NCBI RefSeq assembly: GCF_006345805.1
Contig: NC_043010.1
Coordinates: forward strand, 34,162,001 to 34,226,000
Length of the DNA stretch: 64,000 nucleotides
Direction: 5' to 3'
From: Octopus sinensis
Taxonomy: Eukaryota
Both the position numbers and the translations under genes were made by a program. The notes under the pieces were generated by a model. That model searched no databases. It was not told the DNA's origin and saw only the letters and a program-made list of their open reading frames with translations. Below, piece by piece: positions 1 to 13,379 of the stretch; within the stretch, counting starts at the first letter, position 1, and each line of letters begins with the position of its first letter.

Positions 1-524
1 AAGTCTTTTGTTGTGTTTGTTCTACAAAGAGTTACAGACACTCCTTTGTCATCACAATTGCTGCCATAAATGCAGTGAACTAATGATCGGCTCATTGGAA
101 ACCTGTAACCAAGGACAGAATTGTTCACAAGATGTGATATAAAAATAAACAACCTTCTCGAACAATCTTCACATCAATGTTTACATACACATTATAGATT
201 ATAATGAAATACAAAAGGAAGCTGAGCTGTGGAACTGGTCGATCACTAGATCAAACTTCCTTACAATGTTTACTTTCCAATCATGTTCTTCTGAGCTAAA
301 ATCCCTTTTTGCTTTTCATCACAGGTATTTGCTGCAGTTAATTTAATTGACTATAATACAGCTGCTCCCTCTCCTTCAACTAATTTAACCACATTTGTTC
401 TCACAGGTCTTGGGAGAAGCTGTAATGGGCATAGGCGTAGCCATAACCATTTTCTCCAAACAAAGAAAATGAAGTGTATACCCTTATGTCAATCTGAGAA
501 AACATTATTTTATAACCAATACAA

Positions 525-712
525 GAAGGTAGAACTGTTAGATTGCTGGACAAAATGCTTATCAGCATTTCTTTCGGCTTTACATTGATTTCAAATGCTG
601 CTGTGGTTGATTTTACCTTTCATCTCCAGTTCAGTATCAGAATCAATGTAATTGAACCCCTTCTACCTTCTCGTAAGTTTCAGACCTTGTGCCTATTGTA
701 GAAAAAAATTAT
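525..712 (+). mobile_element. SINE family C, degenerate copy
   Basis: caaaatgctt..gcatttc..ttcaaatgctgc..ttttacctttcatc..gaccttgtgcc; matches the copies at 10.8, 24.2 and 49.4 kb. Confidence 0.65.
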
Positions 713-1580
713 TACCAATATGATAAACAAATATATGTATCTATATTATGCAAATTAATAAAGAAGGCTTTATGTGGTTGCCTGATATGCTAGAAATAGC
801 AGCTAATTTTCTTTTAAATGATATCCTACCATTTGTACTAATGGCTGAAGGATCAACATTTCATGCCCCATCATTTGTATTGTGTTCTTCAAGAAGACAC
901 TTAGATCGCCAATGGCTCAGTCCACCTAGCTGCAAAGAGGTGAAAATCACTGTAAATCAGTAACATGGAGAAAGAGACACACAAACTACCACTGTATTCA
1001 ACTCAACTGGCAGTAAATAGGTAAGCAGTGGGAGCATAGCACAAATGACAGATGATTCAATGACTTGTATTGCTGAGGTCAAATATTTACCAAATTTATT
1101 AAACTCAGAGAGGGAGGGAGAGTGACTCTCCAGACATTATCAGAGTTTATTCACCTACAGATGAATATATTTCATTAGTAGAAAAACGAAAAAAGTCAAG
1201 TAATCAATTATTTATCACATTAGTGCGAGATAAATAGATATCTATTGATTTGATATTGTTTTGTTTAAAACTGAACAACGACGCAAGAAGTGAATATCAA
1301 TTTAATTAATTAATCTATAAATGTGGAACTCAGCTATTTTTCTTTATAAACTGTTTTGCAATTATTTTCTAGTGTTTGTATGGGTGTAGTGGTTTATTTT
1401 CCGCAGCAAACTTTAATAGCTGGATGTCCCTTCTTATCGCTTTTAACCACTAAAATGTTAACACTGAAAACTATTTTTTTTTGAGTCAGGCGAACTAGAG
1501 CAACAACAGCACAAGTGCATTTTATGTGGCACTGCATGAGTTGATCTAGTCTTTTTTATTTAGCAAGCAAACTAGAGCAA

Positions 1581-1904
1581 CCTATGCTGGTGCTATGCAA
1601 GAAGCACTCATGCTGGTTTCACGTAAAAAAAAAGCATCCATGCCAGTGTCACGTGTAAAATACCCATGCTGGTGCCACATACAAAGCACTTGTGCTGGTG
1701 TCATGTATAAAGCACCTGTGCTGGTGCCACATAAAAAGCACCCAGTATACCCTGGAAAGTGGATGATGTTAGGAAGGGCATCCACCTGTAGAAACCATGC
1801 CAAAACAGACAATACAAGCCTGGCCAGCCCTCCAGCTGGCCAACTCCTATCAAACCATCCAACCCATACCGGCATGGATGGAAAATGGACGTTAAATGAT
1901 GATG
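1581..1904 (+). mobile_element. SINE family B (RTE-related bipartite SINE) with 12-bp TSD
   Basis: Tandem gctggtgccac-taaaaagcac units, gttaggaagggcatcc..tgtagaaac core and ggacgttaaatgatgatg tail; AAACTAGAGCAA duplicated at 1569-1580 and 1905-1916. Confidence 0.9.
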
Positions 1905-2344
1905 AAACTAGAGCAAGCAGAGTCAGTGTTTTGCTGAAGAAGTACAACATAATAATAGGAGTATGATCTGAGCTTGTGACCATGGGGGTTATAGACAAGT
2001 CCCAGGATATTAAACCCATGGCCATCTTTTTTTCCAAATTGAAATTCAATACAAGCTAGAATCATTAATCTTTAATGTAGGCACGAGGCCATACAATCAA
2101 CCAACTCAACCACGATACTTGACTAGTACTTATTTCATCAAACCTAGAAGGGCAAAAAGCAACACTGATCCGGATTGGATCTGAGATTATAAAGAGACAT
2201 AAACTAAATAATGCAAAATTCATAATTTACTATAAACTAAATTTAGCAGAGCATGTCATTGAAAGAAGAAAATTGTTTACTTCCAATATATCATTATGTT
2301 GCGAACATTTCTTTACAAAACTTTTTAAAATAAAAATAAAAAGG

Positions 2345-2593
2345 ATCAAAGGTCCTTCTTGAGCCATAGGCTCACAAGCCTGGTTTCCAGTATTCTGTGG
2401 CGTATATATTCACTCCACGGATGAGATGCAGGTCCATCATATGATTACTCATTTTGGCCAGCTGAGTGGACTGGAGCAACGTCAAATGAAGTGTTTTGCT
2501 CAAGAACACAATACATTACTTGGTCCAGGAATCGAAATCACTATCTCATGATCATGAATGCAACACCCCAACCACTAAGCCATGTGCCTCCAC
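2345..2593 (-). mobile_element. tRNA-derived SINE family D
   Basis: Minus strand has A-box TGGCTTAGTGG and B-box GATTTCGATTCC, then gtgttcttgagcaaaacacttc and tgctccagtccactcagctgg; same head as the 14.9 kb copy. Confidence 0.75.
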
Positions 2594-2759
2594 TTACAAA
2601 GCTTTACAAATTGTGAATTTCATAATGTTAACCATTCAAACATAAGATAATTCCCTTACTAAGCATTATATAAGAATACAAGATTCATCCTAATAAAGAA
2701 TAAATGGGAACAGAAAAAAAGAACTATACAAATATTGTATGAAATTTTAAAGTGGAGTG

Positions 2760-3175
2760 TGCAGCTATGAAGAGCTGTATCAGTGCAAACTCCTGGCAGG
2801 GCCTCCCATCCTGGATAGACCAAAGGATAATTTTGGCCAGACTAATATGGTCACCTCTATCTAGTAAAAATCAAAGTTACAGAAACATTGATGAGAATTC
2901 AAAAACCAAGATGTGGGAGAGGAAGGCTTTCTCTCAGGGAAGCATGATACAATGCAACAAAATCCAAAAGGAAGCTACAAGGCTGACTCCTCCTCTGATT
3001 ACCAAGAGAAGAGCTGTGAAAGAAGGGGTTGAGGTGATGGCAGCTGTCTGTGGAATAGCCAAGATCTAACTGGAGAGAAGCAGAAAAGGCATTTCAGAGT
3101 TGAAAACAGTGGGGGGGGGGGATAAGTCATTAATGGCCTTTGCTCCACAAGGAGTGAAGGGCTGAAGTAAATAAG
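2760..3175 (+). mobile_element. Degenerate RTE-type LINE-derived fragment with 3' end
   Basis: Ends in ggcctttgctccacaaggagtgaagggctgaagtaaataag (GLCSTRS-type terminus and TAAG tail typical of RTE 3' ends). Confidence 0.5.
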
Positions 3176-4417
3176 TTGTTAATTTGCAGCAAAGTTATTT
3201 GATAAAGAGTGTAAACTTCAGTGTAGTGTAACTCAGATCAACAAAGAGAATATCCTTTTGAGAGCAAATCCTGGTTCTGAAACCAATCCTGGTTCTAACT
3301 AATCTCCTCTTGTATGCAAAAATCTCTAGATATTCTATATTCCAGACATCGGCTTACTAATGGAAAAATTATTTATGCAATTCCTCCAAATTTTCTATTG
3401 TTTTCAAAATTAATTTAAATGCAGACAGAATTTCAATAGAATTATTGTCACAAAGCAGTTGAATAGTGAAACCTTTTCTACTAATCTTTTAATAATGACT
3501 TGCCTGAAATCGACTGATTTTAACAATATGAAAGCTTTGTTTTAATAAGTTCTTATTTAAATTGGAAGGTTTTATTATAATTTTATAAGAACCTTTATTT
3601 AGTTATATATTCCAAACAGTAGTTTGGAATCTAAAACTGTTTGGAAAAAATATATTAATAAATGAAATGTGGCAATGATGAAACCACTATGTGATTACTT
3701 GATCTGCTAGAAGTAGTAAGCAAATCTCACTTAAATCACACACCTTCGGGAGCCATAATAAGATATTGTAGCTTTAGATATGCAACACCTAAAAGAACAC
3801 CATTGTCATTAGTGAAAGCATTCAATCAACAACACTGACCTCAGACTAAACAACAACAACAACAATTAAATGTTAAAGCTATTTTACTAAATCCTTGTAA
3901 ATTCTCACTTATTTCCAAAATTAACTGAAGTAGATAGACAGTGTATTATTAGAAATATGGTGACAAGAAGGTTAAAAAAATAATCTAATTGTTTATTACA
4001 GTCTCGTATAGGTTTTTTTGGCAAATGATTTGATCTGAAGTCATGTGTTGAAACAGATATTGTTATATTTTTGTTGGCTACGGGGGTTTTTTTCCACACT
4101 CCGTTTGTCAAATTGCCAACTGTTAAATACACACACACACATAAAGTACAGTTAATTAATTATTCACATTTTTATCATCTTTCTTTTCAGTCTGTTATTA
4201 GCATCCCATTTATATAAAAGTTGTAGTTATTTCATCAACATGGGTTGTAGGCAACCAAATCTGTTGTTTGGTTCAGCACCACTGCCTGGCTTTTGGCCAT
4301 CCACCTTCAATGGAGTTCACTTTGTTGTAAGCATCTGAACCAGGCCTCGATCCTGAAGAGTACTCCCTCCGACAGGTTTTCTGAAAAGGGTTCCCTCTTC
4401 TGATTCCATCTAAGCAA

Positions 4418-4713
4418 TTCTTTTATCTTTTATTTATTTTAGTCATAAGACTGCGACCATGCTGGGGCACCACCTTGAAGAACTTTTAGTCAAATGAAAA
4501 TTGGCCCCAATGCTTATTTATTTTTTTAAAGCCTGGTACTTATTCTATCAGTCTCTGTTTGCCAAACAACTAAGTTATGGAGATGTAAGCAAACCAACAC
4601 CTTCCATCTATCAAATCCGCTCACAAGGCTTTGTCCAAGGTACCAATTAGTGGGACTGAACCCAGAACTACATGGATGGGAAACAAGCTTCTAACCACCT
4701 AGCCACACCTGCA
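4418..4713 (-). mobile_element. SINE family A (tRNA-derived, central microsatellite), internally deleted
   Basis: Reverse complement of the head (gggactgaacccag) and the ccatgctggggcaccacc tail region. Confidence 0.8.
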
Positions 4714-4879
4714 CTTCTCCAATTAAGAAAAGATTTTTTCTTTTTAGAAAGACACCCATCTGTTTACTGTGTAGAACGGCTGAGTATTTCAGACATCTAT
4801 CCTATTTAAGGAGATCTTCAAGAAGACTGAGCTGGGCTTTTGAATCACAGGTACATCATCTGATGGATCACCATACTGT

Positions 4880-5013
4880 TTTCATTTACTCAATTTCACC
4901 CATAAAGCTTGAGTTAATCAAAGGCTATGATAGAAGTCAAGATACTATAGAGTGGGACTGAATTTGGAACCTCGTGATTGAGAAGTGAACTTCCTAAACA
5001 CTCAGCCATGTGC
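4880..5013 (-). mobile_element. SINE family A 5' fragment
   Basis: gctatgatagaag..gtgggactgaa..cagccatg. Confidence 0.6.
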
Positions 5014-5046
5014 CCATAAAATACAAAAAAAAAAAAAAAAAAAAAA

Positions 5047-5266
5047 CTAGTGTTTAAACTGACCATATCTGGTTCAAATATTCTGGCTGTTTTATATTCA
5101 AACTAGCTAGATTTAGCCTCTTTCACCTACCCTACACTGTCACCCTAAAACTAAACAATCACACCATTGAAATCTCAAATCTCAAAGATAATGCATGATT
5201 AATTTAAAACAATGTGAACAGATAAGTATTGCATTTAACAGAGTAATCCAAATGCTAAAAGGTTAA
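5047..5266. mobile_element. ~210-bp TTAA (piggyBac-type) MITE, copy 1
   Basis: Ends aatgctaaaaggTTAA; internal sequence is the reverse complement of 11577-11788 and matches 58110-58312. Confidence 0.65.
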
Positions 5267-5499
5267 ACGTGTGTATTCAGCTTAAATTAGGAAATGGTGA
5301 GGATTGAAATTTTGTAAATAGAATTGTAAGTCTTCACCATACATTGTTACCATGGATCTGAATCAGAATTGCCCTGGGTCTAAAAACACCAACAACAATT
5401 AGTTAACGTCGTGAAGGTAAATTTACAGAACCTAATAAGTTAAGTGTTATATTTGACCACTAGAACAATGCTAAACAACTTCAGTTTTGGGGTATTTCT

Positions 5500-5826
5500 A
5501 TCTTTTACTTGCTTCAGTCATTGGACTGAGGTCATGCTGGGGCACTACCTTGAAGGGTTTAGGTGAACAAATAAATCAACTCCAGTACTTATATTTTCAA
5601 ACCTGGTACTTATTTAACCAATTTCTTTTGCTGAACTGGTAAGTTACAGGGATGTAAATAACCCAACACTGGTTGTCAAGTAGTGGTGGGGAACAAGCAC
5701 AAAGACACACATACATGAATACACACACACAACCCATGCCAGCTTGGAAAATGGATGTTAAATGATGATGATGGTACATATATACACACATATACACATA
5801 CTCCAGGCTACTTTCAGTTTCCATCT
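5500..5826 (-). mobile_element. SINE family A fragment with a family B tail (5733-5775) in its central microsatellite
   Basis: tcttttacttgcttcagtca..catgctggggcac on the left, acccatgccagc..gttaaatgatgatgatg inside, ctttcagtttccatctac on the right. Confidence 0.7.
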
Positions 5827-6247
5827 ACTGTATGTAAGTAAACAAAAGAATAAGCAAAACACAGACAGGCTTACACACAAACTGATGCAAAGAAAACAAA
5901 ACAAAAAGAATAAGAAAAAGAGAAAAAAAAATCATTTTAAAATTAACAGTGGAAGGAAATAATATTCACAGATGTTGGCCTTAAAAGGTCAACAACTAGT
6001 TTAAAAGTAATTGACATTTTACTAATTAGAAACTGTGTGAGAGGTGTGTTTGTGTGGACAAGCTTTATTGCTAATGATGTTAGGATTTTATGAAGTGGTC
6101 TGGCAATTTTTAAACTTTTAAAGACATCACTAGATTTTACTGGAAGTAGAACTAAACTGTATTGTACTATAGGGGTTATGCGTTCAAGTCAGCTGTAGGT
6201 GTTTTGTTGTGTCACACTGGACAGGACACTCATTTATTATTTAAAAT

Positions 6248-6385
6248 CATGGCTGTGTGGCTAAGAAGTTTGCTTTGGATTCAGTCCTATGATTCAGCAC
6301 CTTGGACAAGTGTCCTTGATGATGGTACCAGGCAAACTGGTGCCTTGTGAGTGAAAATGGTAGACTGCTAGTGTTTTGTAGTCCA

Positions 6386-6390
<5 letters not shown>
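6248..6390 (+). mobile_element. SINE family A 5' fragment, degenerate
   Basis: tggctgtgtggctaagaag..ttcagtcc..caccttggacaagtgtc followed by (TG)n(AG)n. Confidence 0.6.
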
Positions 6391-6436
<46 letters not shown>

Positions 6437-7109
6437 CGAGCGAGCGAGTGAGCATGCATCCAAATGTTGAAATTCACTGGGTGTGTTTGTCACAGCCTGA
6501 GCAAAACAGTAAGAGCAAGTTTACATTCCTTGTAGACATTATGACCAGTTACTATGCACTTTTGAAGACCTGGGAAATTAAAAACTTCTTACTAAAAAGA
6601 AAAAATAAACAGTAGGGTTCGTGATGGGAAGGCATCCAGCCAGATGCCCCAAATAAGTCTTGGTCCAAACCATGCCAGCATACAAAAACAGATATATAAA
6701 TGTGTGTATATGTGTATGTATGCATGGATGGGTGGATCCATGTACCTTTGAACTGACACTGCTTCAATGGTGACGTTTATGTCTTGTAAACAAAACGTCA
6801 AGTAGTAGTTTGATATGCAAAAATGTAGAACAAAGTACCTCACTTGAAAAACAGGAAGGTCATTTAGCCACAGAATACTGCCTCAAGAATGCTCACCTAA
6901 CCCATGCCAGCAAGATAAAACCAGACATAAAAGTAACGACACTGAAGTAATAGGCAGAATGTTCAAGGAAAGTTTACCTGCAAGAAACTATCATCCCTAA
7001 AAGAACAACCCCAAGAATAGTACAACTTAGGGCCACTGCTAACATTTTATGTACGTCAGGGGTTATTAATCTTTCTTGTTCCACCTACTTTATGATAACT
7101 TTTTTTTAA

Positions 7110-7447
7110 CCCTGTGAATGCAGAAAGTGGATATTTCCTCTGAAAATTGTATTACTGTTAACTGCGCAAAGTGGTTTTACCCAACAGATTTGAAAAAAAA
7201 AAAAAGAAATGCTCCTTGTACTGCAAGAAGTGGAGACACTTTTTGCAAAGACAATTTTTCAGATTTTCTTAATTTTTTTTTTCCTTCATATATTTCATCA
7301 AATATATCTTTAAAGAGCAAGAATAAAATATGTTTAGTGGTGGATATGGAAAATATTGCAGGAACAGAAAATATCAATTCAATTTTTTGGTGGATAATTA
7401 ACACCATTACAGAAATGACCATGAAATTTAATTATGCCGTCAAAGGG
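7110..7447. mobile_element. piggyBac-type MITE (TTAA TSD)
   Basis: TTAA|CCCTGTGAATGCA ... TGCCGTCAAAGGG|TTAA; terminal 13 bp match 10/13; TTAA at 7106-7109 and 7448-7451. Confidence 0.6.
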
Positions 7448-8559
7448 TTAAAGAAATATATCTCGTCTCTGTTTTGGTCAATAATTTTAAGTTTGCATTC
7501 CTACCATAATAAAACTAACAAAAAAAGAAATTTAAAAGACTATTTTTAAGCATTATTAAGTTCAAATAAATAATGGTAAAAAAAGGGCAAACAACAATGC
7601 TATTTCACCTATTTATGAACTAATGATTATGAACAGATCGTAGAAAAAGACAATCATTTGAATTACACTACTCTAATGATGACAGAGTAATTAATTAACA
7701 AAGTATACAATACAGATCATTAAATACAAAATAGGAAAGAAGAAAAAATGCCATTTTCTTGACTAGGAGATCTACTTCAAATGTTCTTTCAGCTTCAGAT
7801 TTTTAAATTTCATATTTGAAGAAAGAAAATTTACACATGCAGAATCAAACAAATTTTCCCCCTGGGTAGGCAACATTTACCAGAATTTTGAAGCCCTTGA
7901 TGTAAACTTTTTTTTTTTTTTGCTCTCAGACTATTTTCTTCATCTTTGAAGTTTTGTTGAACTTGGCTCAGGATCGAACCTGAAACCTTCACGACATTGC
8001 CATTTTAACATAGTTTTAAGCGATAGTCCCAAGAACTGCCTCCATATATTCTTTTTGGTATTTGGGGGTCTTTGCTGATAATTGCTGGTATTTGTTTCCA
8101 AGAGAGTTTTTAGAGTCACTATCACACAAGCAGTCTCCTTTGAAAACCTTTCTGTTCAAGGGCGAAATACAACCTTACTAGAAACAAGTGAGGGTTAGTT
8201 ACAGTAAAGGCTCTGCCTCAACAACTTCCATCTGACTCATGCAAGCACTGGAAAGTGGACATTAACAAAATGATGATGATGATAATGAGTCAGCAGGGTA
8301 ATATGCAATACACTTCTTGCCAAACTAGGTAGTGTTAATTAATCCTGAGTAGTTGGGAGCAGGTACTAAGAATGATATTTTTTGAGAAAGTTGCCTAGGT
8401 GGTAGTAAGATGATTTCTCAACTGCCTAATATTAAGAAAACCACTGTTAATCAGTGATCCTATGGTGGACCATTTTAATTTGTGGAAAAGATTATCTTTA
8501 CCCTTTCACAGCTGCAGGTGACTTTGGTCCATGTACCAGCAAGTAGTCAATATCTGGTG

Positions 8560-8765
8560 CTGCCATGTATAAAGCACTGGTGCTGGTGCCACATTAAAAA
8601 AAAAGCACCCAGTATACTCTGTAAAGTGATTGGTGTTAGGAGGGCACTCAGCCATAGACACCATGCCAAAACAGGTAATTGGAGCCTGCTGTAGCTTTCC
8701 AGCTCCTGTCAAACTGTCTAACCCATGCCAGTATGGAAAATGGGCATTAAATGATGATGATGATA
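8560..8765 (+). mobile_element. SINE family B
   Basis: gctggtgccacattaaaaa-gcacccag, ggtgttaggagggcac, (GAT)n tail. Confidence 0.8.
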
Positions 8766-9284
8766 ATTGTGTTTAATGAACCACTGGTAGCTGTTGGCTA
8801 TGATCTATTTTAAAGTCCTGCTGTTTGTTACACCAACTGTGCTGCAGTTTCTTGGCTGTTTACTTCCTGTTTTTCATGTTCAGAATGCTGTTAGCAAGTG
8901 AACATTCAAGGTTTTCCATCCCCATTCCTACCATGTGTGTTTTGAAAACAAATTATGTACATATAGCAACAACAATTCACCAAAACCACAAAATAAAGTA
9001 CTGAAGAGAACTTTAAATGCAAGTTTCTGATTCAGAATTTAGTGCTAGTTTGGACTCCATTATTCATTATCCTCTTTTCTTAAAGATGGTAATGTGCATT
9101 TGTATTCGAAGGTGATTTTTGCTGCTATTTCAAGCAAGCTGAATCATCATACTCAGGTTCCTTTGTTTTCTCAACATACAATAATGTCTAAAATCATAGT
9201 TAAACCACCTTGGTAAAGCTTATCCATGAGGGGCTCTGTCCAGTCAACCATCTCCCCCCTCTCACATTTCATCCCCCAACACCC

Positions 9285-9537
9285 AAAAAGCACTAGCGAT
9301 GGTGTCACGCAAAAGCACTGGTGATAGTGCCACATAAACACACTGGTGACGGTGCCACGTAAAAGGCACCCAGTACACTCTGTAAAGTAGCTGGTGTTAG
9401 GAAGGGGATCCAGCTGTAGAAACCAAGTTGAAACAGACTATGGAACCTGGTGCAGCTCTCTGCCAAGTCAGCTCCTGTCAAAGCATCTAGCCCATGCTTG
9501 CAAGGGAAATGGATGTTAGATGATGATGATGATGATG
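9285..9537 (+). mobile_element. SINE family B with short internal tandem units
   Basis: Three aagcactggtgacggtgccacgt units, gttaggaaggggatccagctgtagaaac, (GAT)n tail. Confidence 0.8.
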
Positions 9538-9859
9538 AATGAATATTGACTATCTAAAACCATATTCATCTTGACAGTGTGTTACTGGGGAAACCCATGT
9601 CATAACACTAAAGTAGTACTACAAGATAAATCATCAACATTGTTTTTTGCAATACTTGTATGGGTCAGACAGAATTTGTTGAGGCAGATTTTTCTACAGT
9701 TGAATGCTTTCCAGTTGCCAACCCTTTCTTTCTTTACAAGCAAGGTAATATTTCCCTCATAACTGGACATGTTTTTATGGAAGACTGGAAATGAAGAATA
9801 CAGCTTGAAAGATGGTGACACCTACAATTATCATGCACTATCAAGATGAGGAAGTGCAC

Positions 9860-10038
9860 GCACACACATACACACATTTACAACATACTTCTTTCAGTTT
9901 CTGTCTTCCAAATCCACTCACAAGGCTTTGGTTGACCAGGAGCATTAATAGAAGACACTTGCTAAAAGTGCCATGCAATAGGATTGAACCTAAGGCCACA
10001 TGGTTGGGAAGCAAACTTCTTAACCACACAGTCATGCC
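9860..10038 (-). mobile_element. SINE family A 5' half
   Basis: cttctttcagtttctgtc..ccactcacaaggctttgg..accacacagtcatgcc. Confidence 0.8.
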
Positions 10039-10779
10039 TTTTCAATATTTTTCCTATTAAAAAAAGTATTAAAATAACTCTCAACAGTAATTTTTGAAAA
10101 TGAATATACTTTTATATTTCATAAATATTAATTTCTCTCTTGGGTAAAAGGAACAGTTATAATTGATTAAATTGTCCCTACTGTATAAGTGGTACTTTAT
10201 TTTAATTCAAACACCTCAGAGATGAAAAGCAAAAAAGATTTTGACTTAGAACACATTATTAATTAATGAACTAAAATTTTAAAAAACAGTAGAAAAGACT
10301 TTTAAAGACAACTTTCCTTCTAAAGATAAGAAACATGTTTATTAAAGATAATAACATTTTATAAACGATCTAGTCTATGTTTATGGCACCTGAGAGAATT
10401 GAAGTGATATAGAATTAAGTGTACAGCCTAAATACCTTTCCTAGATACCTACAACAGATTTAAACCAAAGATCTAGGAGCTGGCAGTCCAAAATGTATAT
10501 CTACTTGGCCATTTCATTTCTGCTAGTTGTGAGCGAAAAAAGTTAAAAAGCTTAGGTTAAAGAAGCCTTTAACACTTAGTCCAGTTCCCTTTGTTAAGTT
10601 CACAAAGGTTGAAAGCTGAATTGGGAAGGAAGGCAAAAGATCTCAGCCTGCAAAATGAAAGCCTCTAATGCTGATGCACATAATGAACATATAGCTTTTT
10701 AATTTATTATTTTTCATGGTTTAGTCAGAAGGAAGAGACAATATCCATGATCTTTGTACATACATTGAGATTGATAAGA

Positions 10780-10975
10780 TTGGTTTCAAATTTTGACACA
10801 AGGCCAGCAATTTTAAGGGACAGGGTAACTTGACTGGCACTTATTTTATTGATTCTGAAAGAACAAAAGGCAAAGTCGATCACGGCGGAATTTGAACTCA
10901 GAAGTAAAGTTGTGAAAAATGCCGCTAAGTATTTTTTCCGGTGTGGCAATGGTTTTGCCGGTCCACTGCCTTACT
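10780..10975 (-). mobile_element. SINE family C
   Basis: caaaaggcaaagtcgatcacggcggaatttgaactcagaa..gccgctaag. Confidence 0.75.
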
Positions 10976-10984
10976 GAGACTAAT

Positions 10985-11520
10985 GAGATTAATACAGTTT
11001 TTATGTTCCGCTTGACCATTTGTAAATCAACATCTAGAGGAAAAGTAGAGCAAGGAAGGAATACCACAATTTGGCCTTTTGGGTGAAATGGTTAAACAGG
11101 ATGCTGGGAAAGAAGATGAAATACAGTAGGGGTGATAAGAGATAGAAAGAGGCATTTTGGGTTTTGGATGGGCTTGAATGTATAAGGTATAAAATTATAA
11201 AGTATAGTGAAGTAGAGGTTGTTGTAGAAGTGATAGAGTAGACAAAGAAACAACTTGTCTGTGGGCCAGACGTCAAGGAGCATGGTGATGAGTGTCTTTG
11301 CTATTCAGATGGATGCAGTTTTGTGTAAGAGAACAAAACTTCGTCACAGATCTTATTTCACTTCTGTACAAAGTCAACAACCGTTCAGCTGTTTTTTGGT
11401 CCAAAAGAAAGAGCCTTTGCCATGGCTGTTTCCCCATAATTTTTACTCCCAAAAGTTTCAATCCAACAAGGCTGTATGTAAAGAGGGCATAGAGTGGCTT
11501 TTTAAGGATGCCATCATGAT
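10985..11520 (-). mobile_element. Decayed CR1-group (Zenon-like) LINE ORF2 C-terminus
   Basis: Frameshifted peptides LKLLGVKI, LLTLYRSEIRSVTKFCS (cf. LLTLYKSQIRPxxEYCS) and AKLWYS..FPLDVDLQMVKRNI (cf. LWNSLPxxVFP..DLQxFK). Confidence 0.7.
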
Positions 11521-11576
11521 GACGTATACCAGTCATAGGTTAAGGCCTGCAGGTATTTCTGAATGGTATGCCTTAA

Positions 11577-11788
11577 CCCATTAGTGTTCTGCCAAAATTA
11601 ATGCTTATTTATTCTCATTGTTTTGAACTAATCATGCATTATCTTGTGGCTTTGAGATTTTGATGGGGCAACCGTTAATTTTTAGAATGATATTGTAAGG
11701 TTGGTGGGAGAAGCCAGATCTGGCCAGTTTAAACATAAAACAGGCAGAATACTTTTGGCCGGATATGGCCGGTTTAATTGCTAAAGGG
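11577..11788. mobile_element. ~210-bp TTAA MITE, copy 2
   Basis: TTAA|CCCATTAGTG ... TTGCTAAAGGG|TTA; right TSD abuts a SINE A tail. Confidence 0.75.
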
Positions 11789-12181
11789 TTACTCTTTTAC
11801 TTGTTTCAGTCATTTGACTGCGGCCATGCTGGAGCACTGCCTTTAATCGAGCAACTCGACCCCGGGACTTATTCTTTTGTAAGCCCAGTACTTATTTTAT
11901 CGGTCTCTTTTGCCGAACCGCTAAGTAACGGAGACATAAACACACCAGCATCAGTTGTCAAGCAATGCTAGGGGGACTAACACAGACACACACACGCATA
12001 TATATATATATATATATCATCATCATCGTTTAACGTCCGTTCTCCATGCTAGCATGGGTTGGACAGTTCGACCGGGGATCTGGGAAGCCAGAAGGCTGCA
12101 CCAGGCTCCAGGCTTATCTGGCAATGTTTCTACAGCTGGATGCCCTTCCTAATGCCAACCACTCCGTGAGTGTAGTGGGTG

Positions 12182-12228
<47 letters not shown>

Positions 12229-12385
12229 TATATACGACGGGCTTCTTTCAGTTTCTGTCTACCAAATCCACTCACAAGGCTTTGGTCGGCCCGAGGCTAT
12301 AGTAGAAGATACTTGCCCAAGGTGCCACGCAGTGGGACTGAACCCGGAACCATGTGGTTGGTAAACAAGCTACTTACCACACAGC
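11789..12385 (-). mobile_element. Near full-length young SINE family A with a nested family B copy
   Basis: CpG-intact head (gggactgaacccggaaccatgtgg) and actcttttacttgtttcagtc tail. Confidence 0.9.
12018..12185 (-). mobile_element. 5'-truncated SINE family B inside the (TA)n of SINE A
   Basis: catcatcatcgtttaacgtccg..ggatgcccttcctaatgccaacc, flanked by (TA)n on both sides. Confidence 0.9.
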
Positions 12386-13379
12386 CGGAAAATTAGTTTG
12401 AATTGTTTTTGTAGTGTGGCCTGTCTGATAATGAGTATGTCTCATGCGATCAGTTTGTTGAAAAAGGTTGGCCATGACTGAAATACACTGACAAACTGTT
12501 GTAGCTGCATCTGGCAATAGCTAGGAGGTTGTAGTAACAGTAGCCAAGATCTCCAAACTCAAAGCAAAACAATGCAGCTGGAAACAATCAAACATATAAA
12601 CAGTGCGATCACACAATGTGCTGATGCTGGAGAGAGGAGCGGAGTCAGACATGCAGAAGGACTGTTGCATTACAAACTTGCCAAACTCGTAAATGGTGAA
12701 AATAGTGTTGATAATGATTAGGATGATGATTGCAACAATGGTGTTATGATGATGATGATTGTAATTTTATTTATTTTAATTTTTTTTTATCAGATATTCA
12801 AAAGAGAAGGGGCACTGCCTATGACCTTCATCTCCTCCCAGAGTGGTGACATTGATGCATTTGATGTTCAGCTTAAACAGCTGTAAGGAAAAAAAAAAAA
12901 AAATGGGCAGTGATGAAATTCCAAAGGACAACTGTTTTAGGGAGAAGGAATTTGGCGAAATGTTTAGATGGTGGTGGTGATGGTAATATTGATTATGATG
13001 ACAATGAAGGTGATGGTGGTAATGATGATGATGATAATGATGAAGTGAAGGAAAGGTGATTGTTCTGTCCATTAGATACTCCCCTCCCAAACAAACTACC
13101 AATCTAGCCCGGCAACTCCCCTAGCTACAAACAGGCCACAAGTCAAATCGATGAAAATAGCCAAAAACATTTTTCAGCAAATGTTTTGGCTGCATCTCCA
13201 CACATTTCTCACATTTCTCCATTTACCATAAATTTCACGATACGATAAAAAGAAATGAATTTTTTTCTTTCTAGTTTTTTTCTTTATTTTTTTTTTTTAC
13301 TTTTTTCATATCAGAAATACTGTTTGATGTCAGTCTCTTTTTAGATCAATGCTGATCATTGATTTTGCTGGACCACACC

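Noticed and set aside
770-960. Short gctagaaatagcagc/gctgctatttctagc repeat (also about 3700, 9110, 18650, 30550 and 51480)
   Set aside because: Likely a real old dispersed family, but boundaries and class could not be defined by eye
7118-7549. 143-aa ORF
   Set aside because: Overlaps a TTAA MITE and homopolymer runs; no recognisable motif
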